Of a stretch of DNA of 64,000 nucleotides, positions 1 through 8,652 are shown one piece after another. The notes below the pieces were generated by a model. The model did not search any database, was not told the origin of the DNA, and saw only the letters and a program-made list of their open reading frames with translations. The translations under genes were made by a program, and so were the position numbers. Position 1 is the first letter of the stretch. Every line of letters begins with the position of its first letter. Source of the stretch: Candidatus Kaiserbacteria bacterium (GTDB lineage: Bacteria > Patescibacteriota > Minisyncoccia > Phycocordibacterales > UBA2100); the NCBI GenBank assembly GCA_016186695.1, contig JACPLC010000001.1, forward strand, positions 109,718-173,717, given 5' to 3'.

Positions 1-676
1 CATTAACGTCTCACCGAAGTACAAAAAGTTTCTATATCGGGAATTGCAAAAGGTCACGAAACTTCCGCTCAAGCCTGCGAAAAATCTCATGTCGCAAACC
101 GCGAGCGTTACTGATTTTCTCGTTGTCTCGCAGGCGCTAACGGCGCTCTGCGCAGATCTCTCGAAGATAGCGGGCGATTTTCGTATTCTTTCGAGCGGTC
201 CGAAAGGCGGCATAGGAGAGTTGATCTTGCCGGAGCTTCAGGCAGGTTCTAGTATCATGCCGGGGAAGGTGAATCCTGTTTTGCCCGAAGCGCTCTCACA
301 GCTCTACTACCTCGTCTCGGGCAACAACGTCACGATCGAGAAGGCGTGCGAAGGCGCACAGCTTGAACTCGGCGTCATGATGCCCGTAATCACCGATAGA
401 CTCATCGAATCGCTCAAACTTTCCGCCGAGATGATAGAGCAGTTTGCAAAGAAGTGTGTCGCAGGCATTGTCGCGAACAAGCCGCGCATTAAGGAGCATC
501 TCGAAAAATCAACCGCATATGCCACTCTCCTCAACCCCATCATTGGCTACGACGCCGCGGCCGCGTGCGTCAAAGAAGCCGTTCGTACGGGCAAGACCCT
601 GCGCGAAGTCGTCCTTGCAAAGAAGCTCCTGACTCCCAAAGAGTTTGATCGAGTTACAAAGCCGCGTTTGACGTAG
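1..676 (+). CDS. aspA: Aspartate ammonia-lyase / class II fumarase family, C-terminal part (5' truncated by window edge)
   Basis: Fumarate-lyase signature GSSIMPGKVNP; QLELGVMMP; C-terminal IGYDAAA. aspA versus fumC is not certain. Confidence 0.8.
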   Translation, partial: INVSPKYKKFLYRELQKVTKLPLKPAKNLMSQTASVTDFLVVSQALTALCADLSKIAGDFRILSSGPKGGIGELILPELQAGSSIMPGKVNPVLPEALSQLYYLVSGNNVTIEKACEGAQLELGVMMPVITDRLIESLKLSAEMIEQFAKKCVAGIVANKPRIKEHLEKSTAYATLLNPIIGYDAAAACVKEAVRTGKTLREVVLAKKLLTPKEFDRVTKPRLT

Positions 677-735
677 GGGAAATCTCGTTGTCTGACTTCA
701 CGATACCTTGACGAGAATTTTACTTTGGTATATCT

Positions 736-751
736 TTAAGCACTTGCTTAA
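736..751. promoter_or_regulatory. Palindromic operator TTAAGCA-CT-TGCTTAA upstream of the ArsR gene
   Basis: Perfect 7-2-7 inverted repeat downstream of TTGACG (708-713), ending 23 nt before the ArsR-family start. Confidence 0.65.
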
Positions 752-774
752 TCATTAAATCATCTAGGCTGGCT

Positions 775-1101
775 ATGCTCACGAAAGAGGAGGTACGGGG
801 TGTTCGCGCAAAGATCCCCCAAGGGGGCGATCGCCTTGCGCTCATTCTGGAAGCACTCGGCGATCCCGGACGCCTTCGGATATTCAGACTTCTCATGGAG
901 CGGCACGATCTGTGCGTGAGCGACGTTTCGTCTGTCCTCGGCGGCACGGTCTCTGCTGCTTCCCAGCAGCTCCGTGTCTTGGAGCGGGTCGGGCTGGTAC
1001 GTCGCGACCGTATGGGACAGATGATTTGCTATGAGCTACGCGACGATGATCCATGCGTTCGTTCCATTGCGTCGTTTGTGGGGAACTATTACGAGCATTA
1101 A
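775..1101 (+). CDS. ArsR/SmtB family transcriptional regulator
   Basis: ALGDPGRLRIFRLL...LCVSDV...SAASQQLRVLERVGLV winged HTH. Confidence 0.9.
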   Translation: MLTKEEVRGVRAKIPQGGDRLALILEALGDPGRLRIFRLLMERHDLCVSDVSSVLGGTVSAASQQLRVLERVGLVRRDRMGQMICYELRDDDPCVRSIASFVGNYYEH

Positions 1102-1118
1102 CAGAAATCTATAAATGT

Positions 1119-1358
1119 ATGAAAAATGTAACCATTTACACAACTCCGACGTGCGTCTATTGCAAGCGAACCAAGGCGTTCTTCGGAGAGCACAACGTTG
1201 CCTATACGGAGAAAAATGTCGCATCGGATTCGGCGGCGCGCGAGGAAATGATCAAGAAATCGGAGCAGATGGGCGTGCCGGTCATCGATATCGACGGCAC
1301 GATCGTCGTCGGTTTCGACCAGCCGAAACTCGCTGAGCTTCTCGACATCAAAGCATAA
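1119..1358 (+). CDS. Glutaredoxin-like protein (NrdH/YruB type)
   Basis: VTIYTTPTCVYC and GVPVIDIDG..VVGFD; start moved to ATG 1119. Confidence 0.9.
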   Translation: MKNVTIYTTPTCVYCKRTKAFFGEHNVAYTEKNVASDSAAREEMIKKSEQMGVPVIDIDGTIVVGFDQPKLAELLDIKA

Positions 1359-1361
1359 GGT

Positions 1362-2336
1362 ATGGACGAGCTCCACGACCTCGTCATCATCGGATCGGGC
1401 GCCGCAGGACTCGCGGCAGGAATTTATGCCGGTCGCTATGGAATGAAGGTGCTCGTACTTGGAGGGGAATTCGGCGGCGAGACGGCGAAAGCCGGGAACA
1501 TTGAAAACTATCCCGGCTTCGCATCGGTCGACGGGTATGAGCTCATGGACGCGATGAAGAAACAGTCTGAAGCGCTCGGCATTCGCCTGGTAGACGCAAA
1601 AGTTACGGCGATCTCTCGCGAGGGCCATTGTTTTACCCTCGAGGCAAACGGAAAAACGTACAACGCGAACGCGGTTCTTTTTGCCATTGGTGCAGAGCGC
1701 AGGCGCTTGGGGCTTCCGAATGAAAAAGAACTTACGGGCAAAGGCGTTCACTACTGCGTTACCTGCGATGGGCCAGTGTACGGAGGAAAAACGATTGCGA
1801 TGGTGGGCGGGGGCGACGCGTCCGTGAAAGGCGTGAATCTCGCGGCCGAATACGTGCAGAAGATTTTTCTCATTGTGAGAGGAAAAGAAGTCATCGCCGA
1901 GCCGATCAACTTTGAGCGCATGAAGAAGCTAGGAGATAAAGTCGAAGTACTCCTCGAGACTTCCGTGAAAGAGATCGTCGGCACACAGAAACTCGAGAAA
2001 CTCATTCTTTCTAAGCCATACAAGGGCTCAAGCGAACTCGTCGTCGACGGCCTCTTCGTAGAGATCGGTGCCTCGCCGCAGGTTGAGCTCGCAAAATCTC
2101 TTGGCGTTGAGCTCGACGAATCCGGCTATGTCAAAACCGACAATCTCATGCGGACCAACGTCGATGGCGTATTTGCGGCGGGCGATGTCACGAATCATTT
2201 CGGCCGTTTCAAGCAGGACATCACGGCGGCGGCGCAGGGCGCGGTTGCGGCCACCTCGGCCTACGAGGACCATAAAGTCCACGGGGATCTGTGCGTGCTT
2301 CACGCGCGGCCCGTTGGCACTTCTTTACATGTATGA
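1362..2336 (+). CDS. trxB: Thioredoxin-disulfide reductase
   Basis: GSGAAG FAD motif, YCVTCDG redox centre, GGGD, FAAGD. Confidence 0.92.
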   Translation: MDELHDLVIIGSGAAGLAAGIYAGRYGMKVLVLGGEFGGETAKAGNIENYPGFASVDGYELMDAMKKQSEALGIRLVDAKVTAISREGHCFTLEANGKTYNANAVLFAIGAERRRLGLPNEKELTGKGVHYCVTCDGPVYGGKTIAMVGGGDASVKGVNLAAEYVQKIFLIVRGKEVIAEPINFERMKKLGDKVEVLLETSVKEIVGTQKLEKLILSKPYKGSSELVVDGLFVEIGASPQVELAKSLGVELDESGYVKTDNLMRTNVDGVFAAGDVTNHFGRFKQDITAAAQGAVAATSAYEDHKVHGDLCVLHARPVGTSLHV

Positions 2337-3376
2337 CCATGAACAACTTTATGATTGCAGTTCTCGTAGTAATTGTCGGCCTCGCGGGTATCATTCTTTT
2401 CCAACGTTTTGCACGCGACGATTTCGATCTGCCTCGTGGTGGCGAAGCTGCGACAACAACCATCACTGTGGAAGAAGCGGCGGGAGGCGGGTCGCAAACC
2501 ACACGAACCATTATGGTCACCAACAACGTCAAGCATAGCGTTCCGCTCGATGAGATCCTCGGTGGCGGTCCCGCGAAGGATGGCATCCCGCCGATCGATG
2601 ATCCGCAGTTCGTTTCGATCGCGGAGGCAAGTTCGTTCCTTAAAGATTCGGAGCCGGGAATCGCGCTCGAGCGCAAGGGCGTCGCGCGTTTTTATCCATT
2701 TCAAATTCTTGTGTGGCACGAGATCGTGAACGACACAGTGGGTGGACAGCGCGTTTTGGTAACGTACTGTCCGCTGTGCTTCACGGGCATCGTCTTTGAT
2801 CCTCTCGTGAATGGCGAGCGCGTCGAGTTTGGTACCTCGGGAAAGCTGTGGAACTCGAACCTCGTGATGTACGACCGGAAAACGGATTCTTTGTGGTCGC
2901 AGGTTTTGGGCGAGGCGATCGTCGGCGAACAAACCGGAGCGCGTCTCGCCGTCATTCCCTCCGACATCATGCGTTATGAGAATTTCAAGAACTTATATCC
3001 CAAAGGCGAGGTGCTTTCGCGAAAAACGGGCGCTACTCGTCCCTACGGCACTGACCCATATGGCGACTACTACACGACTCCCGGTACCTTCTTTCCCCTC
3101 AACAAAACGGACAATCGTTTGGGCGACAAGGAATTCGTGCTCGGCATAGTCGTCAATGGCAAAGCGAAGGCGTACGCCGAGGCGGCAGTGAAGCGCGCAG
3201 GGGAGATCGAAGATCGTTTCGAAGGAAAAACGATTGTCGCGCGCTTTGATTCTGGAAGCGGCGCCGTACGTCTCTTCGAGAAAAAGGATGATGGAACACT
3301 CGTGCGCATCGAAACCATCGGCGGATTTTGGTTCTCCTGGGCTTCAGCGCATCCGGATACCGCGCTCTTTAAGTAG
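2333..3376 (+). CDS. DUF3179-family membrane-anchored redox protein
   Basis: N-terminal TM; GGPAKDGIPPIDDP, WHEIVND, TYCPLC, GTSGKL..SNLVMYDR.T.SLWSQ, FWFSW...HP. Confidence 0.85.
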   Translation: MTMNNFMIAVLVVIVGLAGIILFQRFARDDFDLPRGGEAATTTITVEEAAGGGSQTTRTIMVTNNVKHSVPLDEILGGGPAKDGIPPIDDPQFVSIAEASSFLKDSEPGIALERKGVARFYPFQILVWHEIVNDTVGGQRVLVTYCPLCFTGIVFDPLVNGERVEFGTSGKLWNSNLVMYDRKTDSLWSQVLGEAIVGEQTGARLAVIPSDIMRYENFKNLYPKGEVLSRKTGATRPYGTDPYGDYYTTPGTFFPLNKTDNRLGDKEFVLGIVVNGKAKAYAEAAVKRAGEIEDRFEGKTIVARFDSGSGAVRLFEKKDDGTLVRIETIGGFWFSWASAHPDTALFK

Positions 3377-3389
3377 CGGTCGAACATTA
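3375..3389 (+). repeat. 15-nt intergenic direct repeat AGCGGTCGAACATTA, copy 1
   Basis: Identical to 3791-3805. Confidence 0.8.
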
Positions 3390-3401
3390 TTAACCTAGTT
3401 C

Positions 3402-3788
3402 ATGTATACAAACAGTATGATGTCACAAATGAAGCAGATGATGGTGCCGCTTCTTGTTCTCGCGGTCTTAGTCATCGCATCGATTTCGTTCGCATCGAAT
3501 GGTATTGGTTTGCAGGGACAAGTCGAGGGGGAGGAGGCGAAGTTCCACGCGCTCCAGAACGAGTACTTCTCGCAAAGTAAACAGGTACGCGACTCGGCGG
3601 AGAGCGGCTCTGCGCTCAACCAGCAGTTGGCGCAAATTCAGAACTATCCATCCGAGCTTCTGCGCTTGAAACTTGTCGGCGTAGGAAAGATCCTGACGGG
3701 GATCTATCTTGCGCTTCTCGCAATCGCGTTCCTTCTCTTCATGATGCCGATCCGTCTCGGAAAGTTGCTTCGGGAGGCGAGAACCTAA
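3402..3788 (+). CDS. Hypothetical membrane protein (2 TM)
   Basis: In operon; hydrophobic N- and C-terminal segments; start could be any ATG between 3402 and 3441. Confidence 0.75.
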   Translation: MYTNSMMSQMKQMMVPLLVLAVLVIASISFASNGIGLQGQVEGEEAKFHALQNEYFSQSKQVRDSAESGSALNQQLAQIQNYPSELLRLKLVGVGKILTGIYLALLAIAFLLFMMPIRLGKLLREART

Positions 3789-3790
3789 AA

Positions 3791-3805
3791 AGCGGTCGAA
3801 CATTA
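3791..3805 (+). repeat. 15-nt intergenic direct repeat AGCGGTCGAACATTA, copy 2
   Basis: Identical to 3375-3389. Confidence 0.8.
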
Positions 3806-3827
3806 CTAGAGATCATTTTTCATCAGT

Positions 3828-3914
3828 ATGGAAAAAGATAAAAAGACCTGCCCCGCGTGCGGTCACGATCACAAGCCGGACGGCACGTGCGATTGCGGAT
3901 GCGGGAAGGAGTAA
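3828..3914 (+). CDS. 28-aa Cys/His-rich peptide (metallothionein-like)
   Basis: Manual translation MEKDKKTCPACGHDHKPDGTCDCGCGKE; preceded by the same motif as the upstream gene. Confidence 0.6.
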   Translation: MEKDKKTCPACGHDHKPDGTCDCGCGKE

Positions 3915-3915
3915 T

Positions 3916-3957
3916 GCAGCGGGCCTGAATTACCCACGCGGAATTCAGGCCCGCTGC
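3916..3957. terminator. 16-bp perfect hairpin after the Cys-rich peptide (terminator or mRNA stabiliser)
   Basis: GCAGCGGGCCTGAATT...AATTCAGGCCCGCTGC; no clear U-tract. Confidence 0.55.
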
Positions 3958-3986
3958 GCACAATTAGAAGTAACGCGTGGCAGAGT

Positions 3987-4541
3987 ATGCGATACACATT
4001 TATTCTCATCGCGGCGGTCATCATCATCGCAGGGGGCGTGTACCTCCTCGGCGGGAGCGGATCTCAACAGCCGGTGTCTTTAGGAGAGAACAGCGCAGCC
4101 AGTCCCGAAAATGCGGCCGCTTCTGGCGAGCGTCTGCCTGCTCTCACGCTTAAAGACTACGAAGGCAACGACGTGAATCTCACGGGTTTTTCCGGCAAAG
4201 CGCTGATCGTCAATTCATGGGCCGCATGGTGCCCGTTCTGCAGGCAGGAGCTGCCGGATTTTGCAGCTCTCCAGAAGGAGTTCCCCGACCTTGCAGTCAT
4301 CGCAGTTGATCGGGCGGAATCGCTCGCGACAGCGAAGCGCTACTCCGACGAGCTTAGTGTTACGGGAAAGCTCGTGCTTCTCCTCGATCCTTCCGACAGT
4401 TTCTACAAGGCAATTGGCGGCTTCACGATGCCGGAGACGATCTTTGTCGACAAAGAGGGTGCGATCGTCTTTCACAAGCGCGGGCCGATGAGTCTTTCGG
4501 AAATGCGGGAGAAAGTCCTCGAACTTACGCTTGCCGAGTAA
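3987..4541 (+). CDS. TlpA/ResA-like thiol-disulfide reductase
   Basis: N-terminal TM, NSWAAWCPFC, MPETIFVD. Confidence 0.9.
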   Translation: MRYTFILIAAVIIIAGGVYLLGGSGSQQPVSLGENSAASPENAAASGERLPALTLKDYEGNDVNLTGFSGKALIVNSWAAWCPFCRQELPDFAALQKEFPDLAVIAVDRAESLATAKRYSDELSVTGKLVLLLDPSDSFYKAIGGFTMPETIFVDKEGAIVFHKRGPMSLSEMREKVLELTLAE

Positions 4542-4547
4542 TAGCCT

Positions 4548-4709
4548 ATGGTCACAAAAACAAAACACACGCCATCTCTCTATCAGTGCGACGAATGCAA
4601 GCTCTTCTACCGCAAGGAGGAGACGGCGAAGCGCTGTGAGGCGTGGTGCACGGAACACAAGAGCTGCAATCTCGACATTATCAAAGACGCCGTTGATACA
4701 CATTCATGA
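4548..4709 (+). CDS. 53-aa Cys-rich putative zinc/metal-binding protein
   Basis: Manual translation MVTKTKHTPSLYQCDECKLFYRKEETAKRCEAWCTEHKSCNLDIIKDAVDTHS; fills the gap exactly; ATGA overlap with dsbA-like gene. Confidence 0.8.
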   Translation: MVTKTKHTPSLYQCDECKLFYRKEETAKRCEAWCTEHKSCNLDIIKDAVDTHS

Positions 4710-5362
4710 AAAGCGGAACTGCTATTTCTCTCTCGATTGTCGGAGCGGGTACACTAATTGCTCTCGCGGTTATTGCAAGCGCAGGCTCTGGAGCCACAGG
4801 ATCTCCTCATGCCGGAAATTCGGCACCGGTCGAGGTGCCGCTGTCTCCCGATGATCCCGTTTTGGGAAACGCCGATGCTCCCGTCACGATTATTGCGTTT
4901 GAAGACTTTGAGTGTCCATTCTGCGCGCGGTTCACGGCGGAAGCTGAGCAGTTGCTCATTCAGAATGAAATTAAGGAGGGTCTCGCGCGGATCGTGTGGA
5001 AAGACTTTCCGCTCTCCATACACTCACGCGCACGACTCGCCCACGAGGCGGCGCGATGCGCACAGGAACAGGGCAAGTTTTGGGAGTACCACGATCTTCT
5101 CTTCGGTAACCAGGATCGCCTCGGAAAAGCAGATCTTAAAGCGTACGCGAAAGCACTCGGCCTCGACGCGACAGCATTCGATTCGTGCCTCGATTCGGGG
5201 AAGTACCGCGCACTCGTGCAGAAGGGGATCAATGAAGGAACGCGTGCTGGAGTCTCGGGGACACCATCCTTCGTGATAAACGGTACACTCGTCTCGGGAG
5301 CGCTTCCCTACGAAGCGTTCAGCGATGTAATCCGGCAGATCGCCGCAGGCGCGACAAACTAG
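4706..5362 (+). CDS. DsbA-family (BdbD-like) oxidoreductase
   Basis: DFECPFC, DFPL..H, GVSGTPSFVING. Confidence 0.9.
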   Translation: MKSGTAISLSIVGAGTLIALAVIASAGSGATGSPHAGNSAPVEVPLSPDDPVLGNADAPVTIIAFEDFECPFCARFTAEAEQLLIQNEIKEGLARIVWKDFPLSIHSRARLAHEAARCAQEQGKFWEYHDLLFGNQDRLGKADLKAYAKALGLDATAFDSCLDSGKYRALVQKGINEGTRAGVSGTPSFVINGTLVSGALPYEAFSDVIRQIAAGATN

Positions 5363-5365
5363 CGT

Positions 5366-6124
5366 ATGGAATTCTCGCTCATCATACCGACCTTTATTGC
5401 AGGCGTGCTCACGTTCCTCGCACCCTGCACGCTCCCACTCCTTCCGGGCTACCTCGGCTTCATCAGTGGAACGTCGATCGATGATCTCAAAGATCCCGCG
5501 CGATCGGCGAGGGCGCGGTGGAGGATATTTCTCAACGGATTATTTTTCGTCATCGGGTTCAGCGCGGTCTTTATCGTTCTCGGCACGATCGTCGGATTTG
5601 TAGGCGCAACGGTCCTTGCTCCATACCGGCAGTGGCTCTCACGTATCGGTGGAGTTTTCGTCATTATCTTCGGACTTTTTATGCTCAACGTGATAAAGGT
5701 CCCGTTCCTTACGCGCGAAACGCACTTCAAGGCGCCCGCGCTCTTTGAGCGCGGGCGCCCCCTCAACTCCCTTATCCTCGGCGCTTCGTTCTCACTCGGC
5801 TGGACGCCCTGCGTAGGCCCGATCTTGGGCTCGGTCCTTCTCCTCGCGTCTACCTCGACGACGGCCTTGCAGGGCGGACTTCTCCTCACCGTGTTCTCGC
5901 TCGGGCTCGCGGTTCCGTTCCTCCTTACCGCTGCGGCCGTTGGTCATGCTTCACGCTACATCGAAAACCTCTCGCGATTTCTCAACGTCGTATCGGTGAT
6001 CGGCGGCATATTTCTCATCGGACTCGGGTTCCTGCTCCTTACCGGAAACGTCGGTCTCCTCATCTCGTATGGGTATCGTCTTCTCGAATTCGTCAACTAC
6101 GATCGTCTGCTCGACTACCTCTAA
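5366..6124 (+). CDS. ccdA: CcdA/DsbD-type transmembrane electron transporter
   Basis: FLAPCTLPLLPGY and GWTPCVGPILG; multiple TM segments. Confidence 0.9.
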   Translation: MEFSLIIPTFIAGVLTFLAPCTLPLLPGYLGFISGTSIDDLKDPARSARARWRIFLNGLFFVIGFSAVFIVLGTIVGFVGATVLAPYRQWLSRIGGVFVIIFGLFMLNVIKVPFLTRETHFKAPALFERGRPLNSLILGASFSLGWTPCVGPILGSVLLLASTSTTALQGGLLLTVFSLGLAVPFLLTAAAVGHASRYIENLSRFLNVVSVIGGIFLIGLGFLLLTGNVGLLISYGYRLLEFVNYDRLLDYL

Positions 6125-6127
6125 CGT

Positions 6128-6499
6128 ATGAAAACGCCGGCCAAAGACATTTTTAAGATCGCATCGGTACCCATCGTTATGGCGTCGCTCTGCTGCCTCT
6201 CGCCCGTAATCCTTGTACTTCTGGGGTTGAGCACGGCGTCATTCGCCGCATCTCTTGCAGACGTTCTATACGGACAGTATGCGTGGGCTTTTCGTGCGGT
6301 GGGGCTCCTGCTGCTTGCCGCATCGCTCGTTGTCTATTTCCGCAATAAAGGTATTTGCACCATCGACGAAGCAAAGAAATGCCGCAACGAGATCATCAAT
6401 ACGACCATCGTCGTTTTCATCGCCGCGGTCATCGGCTATGTCGTGTTTCTCTATGTCATTGTCGAGTACGCGGGTAAGTTTCTCGCCATCTGGCAGTGA
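6128..6499 (+). CDS. MerT/MerF-like small membrane protein
   Basis: ASLCCLSP in TM1, 3 TM segments, loop cysteines. Confidence 0.65.
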   Translation: MKTPAKDIFKIASVPIVMASLCCLSPVILVLLGLSTASFAASLADVLYGQYAWAFRAVGLLLLAASLVVYFRNKGICTIDEAKKCRNEIINTTIVVFIAAVIGYVVFLYVIVEYAGKFLAIWQ

Positions 6500-6533
6500 G
6501 GTCGTTATTCGCAGCAGTAACCTATATAGATCT

Positions 6534-6812
6534 ATGAAAGCAATCTGGAACGGAGTGACGATAGCTGAAAGTAGCGCGACGCGCGTTGTTGAGGGCAATC
6601 ATTATTTCCCGCCGGAATCGGTGTATCGCGAGTATCTCAAAAAGAACGGCAAGACGTACGTATGTTCATGGAAAGGTATTGCAGACTACTATGATGTCGT
6701 CGCGGGCGAAAAGGCTGCGCCGGGCGCTGCGTGGACGTACCCAGAGCCAAAAGAGGCGGCGCAGGAGATCGCGGGATACTTCGTGTTCTGGAAAGGAGTC
6801 GAGGTCGTATGA
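6534..6812 (+). CDS. DUF427 (NTP_transf_9) protein
   Basis: WNGVTIAES..VEGNHYFPP..CSWKG.A.YY..AAWTYPEP. Confidence 0.9.
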   Translation: MKAIWNGVTIAESSATRVVEGNHYFPPESVYREYLKKNGKTYVCSWKGIADYYDVVAGEKAAPGAAWTYPEPKEAAQEIAGYFVFWKGVEVV

Positions 6813-6892
6813 AGTACCTGTATGAACATGGGTAATAATCGTCGTGGTACCATCAAACGAGATTTATCAGGTTGCTAACACTTCTTAGAACT

Positions 6893-7282
6893 ATGGAATT
6901 AGTGTTGCTTATCGGTCGGATACTGTTTGGAGGCTACTTTGTGATGGGCGGGGCTATGCACTTTATGAACCTTTCAATGATGACGGAGTACGCGCGCATG
7001 AAAGGTGCGCCGAGCCCCCGGCTTTCGGTCATAGGTACCGGTGTCGTCATCATGCTCGCAGGAGCGGGCGTCGTCTTTGGGACCTACGCAGGATTGTCTC
7101 TCCTTGCCATAGCGGTGTTTCTCGTCGTCATTACACCCATCATGCACGCATTCTGGAAGGTGACCGATCCGAATATGAGGATGATGGAGATGCAGATGTT
7201 CCTCAAGAACATGGCGCTCCTCGGCGCCTCGCTTGCTCTCTATGCGCTCTCGGCCAACTGGCCGTTCTCGGTCGCTCTATAA
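6893..7282 (+). CDS. DoxX family membrane protein
   Basis: LIGRILFG..F, MHAFW, FLKNMALLG. Confidence 0.88.
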   Translation: MELVLLIGRILFGGYFVMGGAMHFMNLSMMTEYARMKGAPSPRLSVIGTGVVIMLAGAGVVFGTYAGLSLLAIAVFLVVITPIMHAFWKVTDPNMRMMEMQMFLKNMALLGASLALYALSANWPFSVAL

Positions 7283-7284
7283 AG

Positions 7285-7752
7285 ATGGAACACGAGCACA
7301 AGGCAGGTGGACCGCTCGACTACAACTACATTGCCGACGGCATTTACGCAGGGACCAACCAATGTTGTGCCCTCGGTCTCGCAGAAGTTTTGAAAAAAGA
7401 AGGGATTACTGCCGATATTTCACTCGAGGATGTTAGTCTCGATCATCCGTATGGGGTGAGCATGTACGCTTGGATTCCGACCGCCGACGACACGCCTCCG
7501 ACACAAGATCAGCTCATGTTTGGCGTACGGACGCTCGAAGAAATTATCAAACAAAAAAGAAAAGTGTACGTGCATTGCAAGAATGGACACGGACGCACAA
7601 CGACCCTTGTCTCCGCATATCTCATTTATCGTGGGGCAACGCCTGAAAAAGCGATTTCGCTTGTAAAGGCAAAACGGCTGACGGTGCACCTGCAGGATAG
7701 CCAGCGGCAAGCGCTCGAAGAGTTCGCGGCATCTGTGCTATCGACGAGATAA
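7285..7752 (+). CDS. Dual-specificity phosphatase family protein
   Basis: VYVHCKNGHGRT (HCX5R) P-loop. Confidence 0.9.
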   Translation: MEHEHKAGGPLDYNYIADGIYAGTNQCCALGLAEVLKKEGITADISLEDVSLDHPYGVSMYAWIPTADDTPPTQDQLMFGVRTLEEIIKQKRKVYVHCKNGHGRTTTLVSAYLIYRGATPEKAISLVKAKRLTVHLQDSQRQALEEFAASVLSTR

Positions 7753-7801
7753 AAATATTGCAATGAGAGCACCAATTTGCGGATAAGATACACTCTTAGC
7801 T

Positions 7802-7999
7802 ATGCATCTCGTCACGACAACACTCGATGCTTTAGGGACGATACTCATCGGTATTGCGGCGTTGAGCGTGCACCGACGCGTACTGCGAGATGAAAAGATA
7901 AGCCGCAAGGTTGTCACTTCGATGCGTCGCGAGCAAATGATCGGTGTGATCGGGATAGGCATGATCGCAGTTAGCTACGTGCTGAAATTGATCGCATAA
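7802..7999 (+). CDS. Small 2-TM hypothetical protein
   Basis: Two hydrophobic helices; TACACT 7 nt before ATG; abuts next gene. Confidence 0.7.
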   Translation: MHLVTTTLDALGTILIGIAALSVHRRVLRDEKISRKVVTSMRREQMIGVIGIGMIAVSYVLKLIA

Positions 8000-8001
8000 T
8001 C

Positions 8002-8619
8002 ATGCGTATGGAAATCACCTCAGTTTCTTTCTTCGGTTGTTCGTGTGGAAAGGAGGGTGATCCGCACTACGACGGAGCCTTTGCCGCTGCGGAGGCAGTC
8101 GCGCAGAGCGGGCGGCGTGTTGTGAATGGCGGGGGCCCCGGCGTCATGCTCGCCGCGACAATGGGCGCGAACGAGGGAGGAGGAAAAACGACCGCCGTAT
8201 ACTATCGCCCCGAGCTCGCGAAGCTCGCCGAGGGGCCGCTCGCGGCGAACCATGCCGATAAATCATTTGAAGAATCGAATTACATTCTGCGAACGAAGAA
8301 ACTGTTGGAACTTGGCGACGCTTATATTGTTTTTAACGGCGGCACTGGCACGATATCTGAATTTGGGATGGCGTGGGGACTCGCAAGACTCTACTTCGGT
8401 CACCACAAGCCTCTCATTCTCTACGGAGATTTCTGGGAACATCTCATCAAAGATTTCAGAGAACACATGCTTATTCGTCCGGAGGAGATCGATGTTATTT
8501 CAATTGTTTCTTCTCCCTCCGAAGTGCTCACTGCTCTCGATTCGTATGAGACAGTGTTAAAGAAAAACAGACACGACCACAAAGGGTGCACAAACCCCGA
8601 GTGCGACCTTTTGCTCTAA
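8002..8619 (+). CDS. LOG family (Rossmann-fold nucleotide-binding) protein
   Basis: GGGPGVM, GGTGTISE, KPLILYG..W. Confidence 0.88.
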   Translation: MRMEITSVSFFGCSCGKEGDPHYDGAFAAAEAVAQSGRRVVNGGGPGVMLAATMGANEGGGKTTAVYYRPELAKLAEGPLAANHADKSFEESNYILRTKKLLELGDAYIVFNGGTGTISEFGMAWGLARLYFGHHKPLILYGDFWEHLIKDFREHMLIRPEEIDVISIVSSPSEVLTALDSYETVLKKNRHDHKGCTNPECDLLL

Positions 8620-8652
8620 CGAGTTCAAGAAGCATGACCGACATACCTCCCT

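Noticed and set aside
1119-6499. Selenocysteine or TGA recoding in the redox genes
   Set aside because: All redox motifs use Cys codons and TGA behaves as a normal stop throughout the window
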